Shown here in pieces: positions 16,678-23,305 of a stretch of 32,571 nucleotides of DNA. The stretch's first letter is position 1. Each line of letters begins with the position of its first letter. The stretch is from Clostridia bacterium. Its GTDB lineage: Bacteria > Bacillota > Clostridia > Christensenellales > CAG-314. The notes below the pieces were generated by a model. It was given only the letters and a program-made list of their open reading frames with translations, made no database searches and was not told where the DNA came from. The stretch spans positions 1 through 32,571 of the forward strand of contig JAZQUN010000067.1 in NCBI GenBank assembly GCA_045631385.1, read 5' to 3'. The position numbers and the translations under genes were made by a program.

Positions 16678-16995
16678 ATGAGAAAATTTAATCAATATAA
16701 TGCACCGGAAAGATACCGTCCAATGTCAGGTTGGGGATTCTACTGGTGGAGCGTGTTGTACTCTATCCCAATCATTGGATTTATATTTTTGCTAATCAAT
16801 GCTTGTGATGGTTCTAATTTGTGCCGTCGTTCACACGCACGCAGCTACTTTTGTCGAGTATTTATGATACTGATTGCTCTAGTAGGAATTGGCTTGATTT
16901 TGTACTACGCAGGCACGTTGCCAGCAGTATTGGACAAGATTAAACCATATGTTGAGCAATATTTGCCATTTTTGATGGAATACTTGCCATTCTAA
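16678..16995 (+). CDS. Small membrane protein (105 aa, two predicted TM helices)
   Basis: AAGGAAAAAG RBS and two hydrophobic segments (WWSVLYSIPIIGFIFLLI, VFMILIALVGIGLILYY). No family recognised. Confidence 0.6.
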   Translation: MRKFNQYNAPERYRPMSGWGFYWWSVLYSIPIIGFIFLLINACDGSNLCRRSHARSYFCRVFMILIALVGIGLILYYAGTLPAVLDKIKPYVEQYLPFLMEYLPF

Positions 16996-17012
16996 TAATG
17001 TTTGCAAATAAT

Positions 17013-17045
17013 AAAAACGGACTGAAAATTCAGTCCGTTTTTTTG
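17013..17045 (+). terminator. Rho-independent terminator after the greA-lysS unit
   Basis: AACGGACTG / CAGTCCGTT stem followed by TTTTTTT. Confidence 0.85.
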
Positions 17046-17074
17046 TTGTTAAAAGGGCAAATAAGTGTTATAAT
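17046..17074 (+). promoter_or_regulatory. Sigma-A-type promoter (TTGTTA-17 nt-TGtTATAAT) for the YczE-like gene
   Basis: -35 at 17046-17051 and extended -10 ending at 17074. AGGA RBS lies 7 nt before ATG 17102. Confidence 0.45.
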
Positions 17075-17101
17075 GGTGGTATCACTTTTTAGGATTTACA
17101 A

Positions 17102-17779
17102 ATGAAGAAAAACTTTTCTTGCGAATTATCCTACGTCTTGGGAATTATAATTTTGGCAATAGGCTCAGCATTGATGACAATGTCCAATTTCGGATTGTCC
17201 ATGATTGTTGCTCCTGCATACATTTTGCACCTAAAGGTATCACAATACTTGCCATTTTTTACCTTTGGTATGGCAGAGTACACCTTCCAAGCATTGTTGC
17301 TTATCACATTGGTTGTGGCAATGGGCAAATTTAAGTGGTACTACCTGTTTAGCTTTGTTACAGCAGTGTTGTACGGCTTTGCACTAGACGGTGCTATTGC
17401 ACTTTGCAATTTGTTTGAATGGGGTTTGTTGGCACAACACATAGCCTTTGTTGTAGGTGTCTTTTTGTGCACCTTTGCCATTGCGCTTTTGATCAACACA
17501 TACATTGCGCCTGAAGTATATGAGCTATTGGTCAAGGAACTTTCGCAAAAGTGGAACAAGCCATTTGGCAAAGTAAAAATTGCCTACGACATATTCAGTC
17601 TTGTGCTTGCAGTAGTGATGAGCATTTGTTTGTTTGGCTGGTGGCCACTAGAAGGCATCGGCATAGGCACGGTGGTAACGGCATTGGTAAACGGCTGGTT
17701 GATAGCAACGTTTTCAAAGTTGCTCAACAAAAAGTTTAACTTTGTGGACAGCTTTCCGTTGAGAAAATACTTTAGCTAA
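17102..17779 (+). CDS. YczE/YitT-like (DUF6198-type) integral membrane protein
   Basis: 225 aa with about 6 TM helices. The N-terminal pattern (LGIIILAIGSALMTMSNFGLSMIVAPAY) resembles the YczE family. The family call is from memory. Confidence 0.65.
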   Translation: MKKNFSCELSYVLGIIILAIGSALMTMSNFGLSMIVAPAYILHLKVSQYLPFFTFGMAEYTFQALLLITLVVAMGKFKWYYLFSFVTAVLYGFALDGAIALCNLFEWGLLAQHIAFVVGVFLCTFAIALLINTYIAPEVYELLVKELSQKWNKPFGKVKIAYDIFSLVLAVVMSICLFGWWPLEGIGIGTVVTALVNGWLIATFSKLLNKKFNFVDSFPLRKYFS

Positions 17780-17782
17780 TTT

Positions 17783-17816
17783 AAAAGCAAGTAGCGTGTA
17801 GCTACTTGCTTTTTTG
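17783..17816 (+). terminator. Rho-independent terminator
   Basis: GCAAGTAGC / GCTACTTGC stem followed by TTTTTT. Confidence 0.85.
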
Positions 17817-17849
17817 TTGCTAATTTTTCAGTTTATTTTATTTTACATA

Positions 17850-17878
17850 TTGTAAAATGAAATAAAAAATGGTATAAT
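17850..17878 (+). promoter_or_regulatory. Sigma-A-type promoter (TTGTAA-17 nt-TGgTATAAT) for the yfbR-like operon, overlapped by a 17-bp palindrome
   Basis: -35 at 17850-17855 and extended -10 ending at 17878. The perfect palindrome TTTTACA-TAT-TGTAAAA at 17841-17857 covers the -35. Confidence 0.5.
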
Positions 17879-17917
17879 AAAATATAACACAATAGGCGCT
17901 TGCCAAAGGAGAAGGCT

Positions 17918-18490
17918 ATGTATAAGTTTTTTGCATATCTCAACCGAATGAAATACATAAAACGCTGGGGACTGATGTATTGTAGTGTAGACGAAAACAT
18001 CATGGAACACAGCCAGCACGTAGCAGTAGTAGCGCACGCTCTTGCAACAATATCCAACACCTACTTTGGCGGAAATCTCAATGCCGATCACATTGCAGTA
18101 AAGGCACTTTTTCACGAAACAAGCGAAGTGCTAACAGGTGATTTGCCAACGCCTATCAAGTATTTTAACCCAGAAATCAAAAACGCCTACAAGGGCTTGG
18201 AAAAAATATCCAACGACAAACTTTTGGGCTACTTGCCACCACAAATTGCTCCAATTTACGACGAAATCGTCAACGACGAAGACAGCATCGAGCACAAGGT
18301 TGTAAAGTGGGCGGATAAAATCTGCGCATATATTAAGTGCATCGAAGAAGTAAAGATGGGCAACCGTGAGTTTGTCAAGGCAGAAAAATCATTAAAAGCC
18401 GAGCTGGAACAACTTGGTAGTCAAGAAGTAGATTACTTTTTGGCTAACTTTATCCCAGCATACACCTTGACTCTAGACGAAATGGAGTAA
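17918..18490 (+). CDS. yfbR: HD-domain 5'-deoxynucleotidase (YfbR-like)
   Basis: Strong resemblance to E. coli YfbR: LNRMKYIKRWGLM, ENIMEHSQHVAVVAHALA, FHETSEVLTGDLPTPIKYFN, KWADKICAYIKCIEE. AAAGGAGAAGG RBS lies before ATG 17918. Confidence 0.85.
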   Translation: MYKFFAYLNRMKYIKRWGLMYCSVDENIMEHSQHVAVVAHALATISNTYFGGNLNADHIAVKALFHETSEVLTGDLPTPIKYFNPEIKNAYKGLEKISNDKLLGYLPPQIAPIYDEIVNDEDSIEHKVVKWADKICAYIKCIEEVKMGNREFVKAEKSLKAELEQLGSQEVDYFLANFIPAYTLTLDEME

Positions 18491-18492
18491 GC

Positions 18493-19155
18493 ATGCTAGT
18501 TTTTGAAAACGTTACAAAGCACTATCATTACGAGCAGTATCCAACGGTCGAAAACTTTTCGTTGCAACTAACAGATAGACTAAACACCGTGCTGGTTGAT
18601 GCTCAAAGCGGCAAAACCACTTTGGCAAAGCTAGTCTTGGGGTTAGAAAAGGCAACTAGCGGTAGGGTTACTTGGAACAACAAAGACTGCTTTACAATAG
18701 ACGGCAAGGATATGGATGCAACCTATTTGTGCAGCAATTTGTTGCTGTTTGGTGGCAAAACTGTACTTTACAACGTTGCCTATCCACTAATCTTGCGTGG
18801 GCAAAGCAAACAACAAGCCCATCAAGTTGCACAGCAACTGTTGCAACAGTGTGGTATCGACCCATCAACAAAGGTCAAAAAACTGTCACCTGCTCAACAA
18901 GTAGACGTGGTGCTAGCACGCTTGTTTGCACGCAACAGCGCACTAGTGGTAGTAGACGACTTTTTGCCACTGCTAAACGAGGAGCAAACTCAAAGGTTGA
19001 TGCAATTTTTCGACCAGTCAAACTGCTTTGTCGTTCACTTTACAAGTGAGCTAGAGCAAGCATTTGGCAGTGTATATTTGTGGCACGACGGAAAGGTTGT
19101 CACAGACAACATCAAACAGTATTTAGACGAAGCCATTTGGCTTGGCAAATATTAG
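18493..19155 (+). CDS. ABC-ATPase-like protein with degenerate catalytic motifs (no partner permease)
   Basis: ABC NBD architecture with a weakened Walker A (VDAQSGKTT). No Q-loop Gln was spotted. The signature is LSPAQ instead of LSGGQ, and Walker B is VVVDDF, so the catalytic Glu is replaced. Confidence 0.7.
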   Translation: MLVFENVTKHYHYEQYPTVENFSLQLTDRLNTVLVDAQSGKTTLAKLVLGLEKATSGRVTWNNKDCFTIDGKDMDATYLCSNLLLFGGKTVLYNVAYPLILRGQSKQQAHQVAQQLLQQCGIDPSTKVKKLSPAQQVDVVLARLFARNSALVVVDDFLPLLNEEQTQRLMQFFDQSNCFVVHFTSELEQAFGSVYLWHDGKVVTDNIKQYLDEAIWLGKY

Positions 19156-19163
19156 GAGAAAAA

Positions 19164-20687
19164 ATGAGCGATTACAACAAAAACGACGACTTTTTTACAA
19201 GTGAGTACGAAAAACTCAACCAACAAAGCCAACCAGATCCATCTCGCGTGGACGTAGAAGGTTGGTACAACTTCAACTCTCAAAAGGTTGAAAAACCACC
19301 TAAACGCAACTGGTCTATTGCCGTAATAAGCATTTTGATGGTTTTGGCATTTATCGGCGGTTTTATCTTTTCGACGATGCTAAAGGATGCTCCACCAGAG
19401 TACGTTCCAACCAACGAATTGCTAAACGAAGTAATCAAGACCATTGACGAAAAGCTTTTGTACGCCGATGATCTTACAACGCAAGACGAAATCAACATGA
19501 TAGAGCAAGCCGGTACGGCAATGCTTCAATCGGTGGATAAATACGGCAGACTTCTTTCACCACAAAGCGCATACAACTTGTTCTACCCGGTTGCGGGCGA
19601 AATAACCAACGGTAACCAACTGTACTTTGGTATCAGCTATCAATATGCAACGTTTGGCTTGTACATTTCATCTGTAATGGCAGATAGTAACAGCTACGGC
19701 AAATTGTTCGAAGGCGACTTGATAGTGCATTTCGCAAACCGTGTGGATTCCAACGGACAAAAGCTGGACGACTTTAGCGTAATAGATTACGCACAAGCCG
19801 ACGTGGTTGAAAAAATGGCGGAAACGTACTCCTGCACAGTAAGCGTATTGCGTGACGGTGACTTGCTTAAGGTTGATTTGCAACGCGCAAAGGTGGGCAA
19901 TGGCAACAACGAATTTGTGATGGTAGAGTACTACTTTGGCGCAAACAACACCAACCTTTCTACAACTGCACAAAATGGTGCGGCGGTATCGTCTGTAGAA
20001 GGCAGACAATTAGATAGATTACCAAGTAACGTTGGTTACATCAAGTTGAACGAGTTTGAACGCTATTCGTCGGGCAGCACAACGATCTCTGCCGAAAGCG
20101 AATTTAAGCAAGCCCTAGAAAAGTTTAGAGTAAGCGGCAAAACAAAGCTTATCGTTGACTTGAAGGGCAATCCGGGTGGCTACGTAGTTTCCGCTTGCAA
20201 CATTGCAGGAATGCTTACCTACAACAAGCAAAGTGCAGGACAACTACTTGGTTGCACTCTAGTTGACAAAGATGGTGCAACAGAGTACTACTACGCGCAA
20301 AGTGGCTATATGTTGTACGACAGATACTTTGGCTCTCAAGATGGTGACACCAAAGACATTGTTGTTTGGACAGACGGTAGCAGTGCAAGTTCTAGCGAGT
20401 TGTTGGTGGGCGCGTTGCTATCCTACGGCACAGTAGTGCATATGGGTACAACATCCTACGGCAAGGGTATTGCTCAAACAAGCGAAGAGTTGCCATACAC
20501 AGGCGAAATTGTTTACAACACAGGACACAAGGGTACGTTCAACTGGTACATTTACTACACAACAGCGTATTTTTATTCGCCAAGCGGAGAAAATATCCAC
20601 GGCGTTGGATACACTCCAGATTCTCCTTACAACAATTTGAAAACCTACGATCAGTTAGTTGATGCAGTAATTGGCTACTGGGGTTAG
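19164..20687 (+). CDS. S41-family C-terminal processing peptidase, N-terminally membrane-anchored
   Basis: TM segment WSIAVISILMVLAFIGGFIF. S41 motifs LKGNPGGYV, SASSSELLVGAL (nucleophile Ser) and TSYGKGI (general-base Lys). GGAGAAAAA RBS lies before ATG 19164; the track start 19080 overlaps the upstream gene. Confidence 0.85.
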   Translation: MSDYNKNDDFFTSEYEKLNQQSQPDPSRVDVEGWYNFNSQKVEKPPKRNWSIAVISILMVLAFIGGFIFSTMLKDAPPEYVPTNELLNEVIKTIDEKLLYADDLTTQDEINMIEQAGTAMLQSVDKYGRLLSPQSAYNLFYPVAGEITNGNQLYFGISYQYATFGLYISSVMADSNSYGKLFEGDLIVHFANRVDSNGQKLDDFSVIDYAQADVVEKMAETYSCTVSVLRDGDLLKVDLQRAKVGNGNNEFVMVEYYFGANNTNLSTTAQNGAAVSSVEGRQLDRLPSNVGYIKLNEFERYSSGSTTISAESEFKQALEKFRVSGKTKLIVDLKGNPGGYVVSACNIAGMLTYNKQSAGQLLGCTLVDKDGATEYYYAQSGYMLYDRYFGSQDGDTKDIVVWTDGSSASSSELLVGALLSYGTVVHMGTTSYGKGIAQTSEELPYTGEIVYNTGHKGTFNWYIYYTTAYFYSPSGENIHGVGYTPDSPYNNLKTYDQLVDAVIGYWG

Positions 20688-20713
20688 TAACATCACAAAA
20701 GGGGGTAACTAGT

Positions 20714-21244
20714 ATGAAAAAACTAATGGTATTATTAATGGCAATGTTGCTAGTGGTGTCTACCTGCTTGATGGCAGGTTGTGGTGCTACAAATGCTTGC
20801 AAGGCCGTAACAAGAGCCCTAACTCAATATGACGGTCAATATAGCAACTCAACTTTGCAACAAGACGAGTATCAAAACGTAGACGTTGCATTGTATACAA
20901 GTGGCAAGACTCTTATTTTCCACGCACGTTTGGATTCCAACGTTTTGATCATGATTCACATATCTAAAAATGGCGAAGAAGTTTTCTTTGCCTGTGACGA
21001 TTCGGCATCCAAAACGTATGTTACGATTGCTTGTGACGATGATTTTGAAGTGGAATATGTTAGCGTGTACAACAAGCCAGATGAGACTACCCACGAGTTG
21101 ATTTCTAAAAACGATGCAAAGTACGACCAAGTTTTGCAAAGCGCTCAAAACCACATGGCTAATGCTGCTGGCTACTTTGATAAGGTTGTTTGTCAATTGA
21201 CAAATGGTCAGTTTTGCAGTATCCGTCAATTTTTGGACGACTAA
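20714..21244 (+). CDS. Putative lipoprotein (176 aa)
   Basis: Signal peptide MKKLMVLLMAMLLVVSTCLMAGC with lipobox LMAGC. GGGGG RBS. No family recognised. Confidence 0.75.
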   Translation: MKKLMVLLMAMLLVVSTCLMAGCGATNACKAVTRALTQYDGQYSNSTLQQDEYQNVDVALYTSGKTLIFHARLDSNVLIMIHISKNGEEVFFACDDSASKTYVTIACDDDFEVEYVSVYNKPDETTHELISKNDAKYDQVLQSAQNHMANAAGYFDKVVCQLTNGQFCSIRQFLDD

Positions 21245-21261
21245 TCTTTACAACACAATAC

Positions 21262-21290
21262 AAAAGGCAAGCAAACGCTTGCCTTTTTTT
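21262..21290. terminator. Bidirectional rho-independent terminator
   Basis: AAAA-GGCAAGC / GCTTGCC-TTTTTTT between convergent genes. Confidence 0.85.
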
Positions 21291-21291
21291 G

Positions 21292-21618
21292 TTACAGTTT
21301 GATAAGTTCATCCACCAATGCGTTTAGACGTTGGCGTTGCTCGGAGTTGAGTAGTGGCGTAACCTTTTTTGCAAAGGCAACCAACTGTTCGTTGGTAAGT
21401 TGTCCCTTTGCCTTTTGTTCAATTACGTTGCTGACGATATCTTTTACTAGCTGACCTTCCCCTGCCTTTTGATACTTTTGGGCAAGGGCTTGCATTTGTG
21501 CAATTTTTTCATCAACCGATTTATCGCCAGTATGCGTGCTGGCGTTTTGCGTTTGCTTGTTGGTGCTAGTGGTGTTGTTTCGTTGGTTGTAAAAGTAGTT
21601 GCGTGGATCGTTGTTCAT
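21292..21618 (-). CDS. Hypothetical protein (108 aa): Asn/Gln/Thr-rich N-terminus, helical C-terminus
   Basis: AGGAG RBS (reverse complement of ctcct at 21626-21630) before the ATG, and a terminator directly downstream. No family recognised. Confidence 0.6.
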   Translation of the reverse strand: MNNDPRNYFYNQRNNTTSTNKQTQNASTHTGDKSVDEKIAQMQALAQKYQKAGEGQLVKDIVSNVIEQKAKGQLTNEQLVAFAKKVTPLLNSEQRQRLNALVDELIKL

Positions 21619-21700
21619 AGCGTACTCCTAAAAAATAATATACACTAATATTTATATGACGGCATATAATGTATTGATTACAAAAAATGGGGGATGGCGG

Positions 21701-22159
21701 ATGAATTTAACAACGGTTGCCTTGGCATTGCTTGCTTTTAAATTATTAAGTGGCAAGCCTTCTTCCAGCAAGGCAGAGCAACCCAAGGTGGATTTTGGCA
21801 GTTTTTTGAATGAAGACACACAAAATTTGCTGTCGTGTGTAAACAAGCTGCAAGACAAATCCCTTTCGCAAGAAGACAAAACAAGTGCAATATTTGCCTT
21901 GATTACCAACCCTGCAGTGATGAGCATTTTGTCTAATCTTTCACCCAACGGAAGTCAAAATAACGATGCCACAAGCAACAGCCCGCCAACCCAAACCGAC
22001 ATACAGCAAAACTGCCGCCAAAACGACGAAGGCTACACCTTTGAAACCCCATCGGCCGAAGCCGAGCAAGCCTTTGAGCCTATCAAAAACATTGCCGGCG
22101 TAGAAGTGAGCCACAAATTGTATCACTTGTACGATAATTGGTACGCCAAGAAGCACTAA
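21701..22159 (+). CDS. Hypothetical secreted or membrane-anchored protein (152 aa)
   Basis: Likely start is ATG 21701 after a GGGGGA RBS. N-terminal hydrophobic segment NLTTVALALLAFKLLSG, then a low-complexity Ser/Asn/Gln middle. The stop codon lies inside repeat copy 1. Confidence 0.6.
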   Translation: MNLTTVALALLAFKLLSGKPSSSKAEQPKVDFGSFLNEDTQNLLSCVNKLQDKSLSQEDKTSAIFALITNPAVMSILSNLSPNGSQNNDATSNSPPTQTDIQQNCRQNDEGYTFETPSAEAEQAFEPIKNIAGVEVSHKLYHLYDNWYAKKH

Positions 22160-22198
22160 AAAAGGTTGTTTCACGAAAGTGTGAAACAACCTTTTGTT
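22153..22198. repeat. 46-nt direct repeat, copy 1 (contains a bidirectional terminator hairpin)
   Basis: GCACTAAAAAAGGTTGTTTCACGAAAGTGTGAAACAACCTTTTGTT is identical to 23238-23283. It has an 11-bp perfect stem GGTTGTTTCAC / GTGAAACAACC flanked by A6 and T4. Confidence 0.95.
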
Positions 22199-22232
22199 GT
22201 AATTTCAATGTGGTTTTCAATAACTGTTTTGT

Positions 22233-22562
22233 TTACGAGTTGTAGTCGTAGGGAATTTTGTTTTTGCGCTCGCCTTTTAGGTTGATTATGTAGCCATCTT
22301 CTACCTTGCACCACCAGTTGGGGTCATTGCCGGGCAAATCTTCCAAAATTTCCGCATCCGTCACGTCCGAGCTACGCACAACTTCCAAGTCGCCAACGTG
22401 AATCAAAATTTCGGCATAGTCCTTGCCGTCTTTATGACTAAATACTACTTCGTATTTATCATTACGAAGCCACGAAAAAATAATTGTGCCTATTGCACCT
22501 TTTTCTACGCCTTCACTTTGGTATTTATCTGTTAAAACCTTTACGTCGTCTAAATATTTCAT
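22233..22562 (-). CDS. DUF4926-like small protein with extra C-terminal domain (109 aa)
   Basis: LDDVKVLTDKYQSEGVEKGAIGTIIFSWLRNDKYEVVFSHKDGKDYAEILIHVGDLEVV fits the pattern I recall for DUF4926 (D.V.L...GL.KG..G.IV....YEVEF.D..G......L). The start is 2 nt downstream of the upstream gene's stop. Confidence 0.65.
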   Translation of the reverse strand: MKYLDDVKVLTDKYQSEGVEKGAIGTIIFSWLRNDKYEVVFSHKDGKDYAEILIHVGDLEVVRSSDVTDAEILEDLPGNDPNWWCKVEDGYIINLKGERKNKIPYDYNS

Positions 22563-22564
22563 AA

Positions 22565-23050
22565 TTATCCTTCTATTTTTACAAGATCTTTAAAGTCTAC
22601 AGAAACTAAGCCGTCAAAATTGGCTGTTGTCGTGCCAAAGTCCACCAAAATGCTACCATTTGTTGCCCTGCCTAGTGCAACAACACCGCGGCTGCCCTTG
22701 TGTAAACCAAATTTGCTGTAGCGGTCGTTTTCTACAATCAACTCAACAATGTCACACTCGGCAAAAGGCATGCTGTCAAAGGTTGTTTTTGATTCAAAGA
22801 TTTTGACGTTTTCCGCTACGTACTGCACAAGTTGGCTGCTTAGTTCCGTAGGCAAAACCATATCCGTTGCCTCTACGTCGGCAACGTCAATGGTTGCAAT
22901 CAAGTAATCCCCGTAATTGTTTTCGTTAAAAAACAAAACCAACGCTTTGTCTCCCTTTGTTTGCAAAAGTAACCCCAACAAACCAACGCTTAGCCCCAAA
23001 GCTTTGCAATTGCTATTAAGTTGTTTAAGTTTAACTACGGTAAAAGTCAT
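22565..23050 (-). CDS. Tandem DUF4926-like protein (162 aa from ATG 23050)
   Basis: Two similar modules: VVKLKQLNSNCKALGLSVGLLGLLLQTKGDKALVLFF...IDVADVE and CDIVELIVENDRYSKFGLHKGSRGVVALGRATNGSILVDF...VSVDFKDLVKI. GGAGG RBS lies 9 nt before ATG 23050; the track start 23101 is less likely. Confidence 0.65.
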   Translation of the reverse strand: MTFTVVKLKQLNSNCKALGLSVGLLGLLLQTKGDKALVLFFNENNYGDYLIATIDVADVEATDMVLPTELSSQLVQYVAENVKIFESKTTFDSMPFAECDIVELIVENDRYSKFGLHKGSRGVVALGRATNGSILVDFGTTTANFDGLVSVDFKDLVKIEG

Positions 23051-23116
23051 TACATCCAACCTCCAAATGGTGTGGTGTTTCTTCTGCAAAATAGCAACCA
23101 TCTAACTACTAAACAT

Positions 23117-23145
23117 ATTGTATCACAAATCTCCGTATAAAGCAA
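23117..23145 (-). promoter_or_regulatory. Candidate promoter P1 of the cassette (minus strand TTGCTT-17 nt-TGaTACAAT)
   Basis: On the minus strand, GTGATACAATAT (23115-23126 on +) gives an extended -10, with a TTGCTT -35 at 23140-23145. A second copy of the same 12-mer lies at 23181-23192. Confidence 0.4.
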
Positions 23146-23173
23146 AAGCCTGAAAGAGTTTTTCTTTCGGCTT
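23141..23173 (-). terminator. Minus-strand intrinsic terminator-like hairpin between the two promoter-like 12-mers
   Basis: Minus strand reads AGCCGAAAG-loop-CTTTC(A)GGCT followed by TTTTGCTTT: a 9-bp stem with one bulge. Confidence 0.45.
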
Positions 23174-23237
23174 GTTAAGTATATTGTATCACGGCTTATT
23201 TCTAAATCAAGTTTTTGTGACAACAATTTGCTTAAAG

Positions 23238-23283
23238 GCACTAAAAAAGGTTGTTTCACGAAAGTGTGAAACAACCTTTTGTT
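23238..23283. repeat. 46-nt direct repeat, copy 2 (terminator hairpin immediately downstream of the M29 aminopeptidase gene)
   Basis: Identical to 22153-22198. The 3' flank differs only by an extra TTGTT before the sequences realign at GTA. Confidence 0.95.
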
Positions 23284-23305
23284 TTGTTGTAGCTTGTTTA
23301 GTTAA

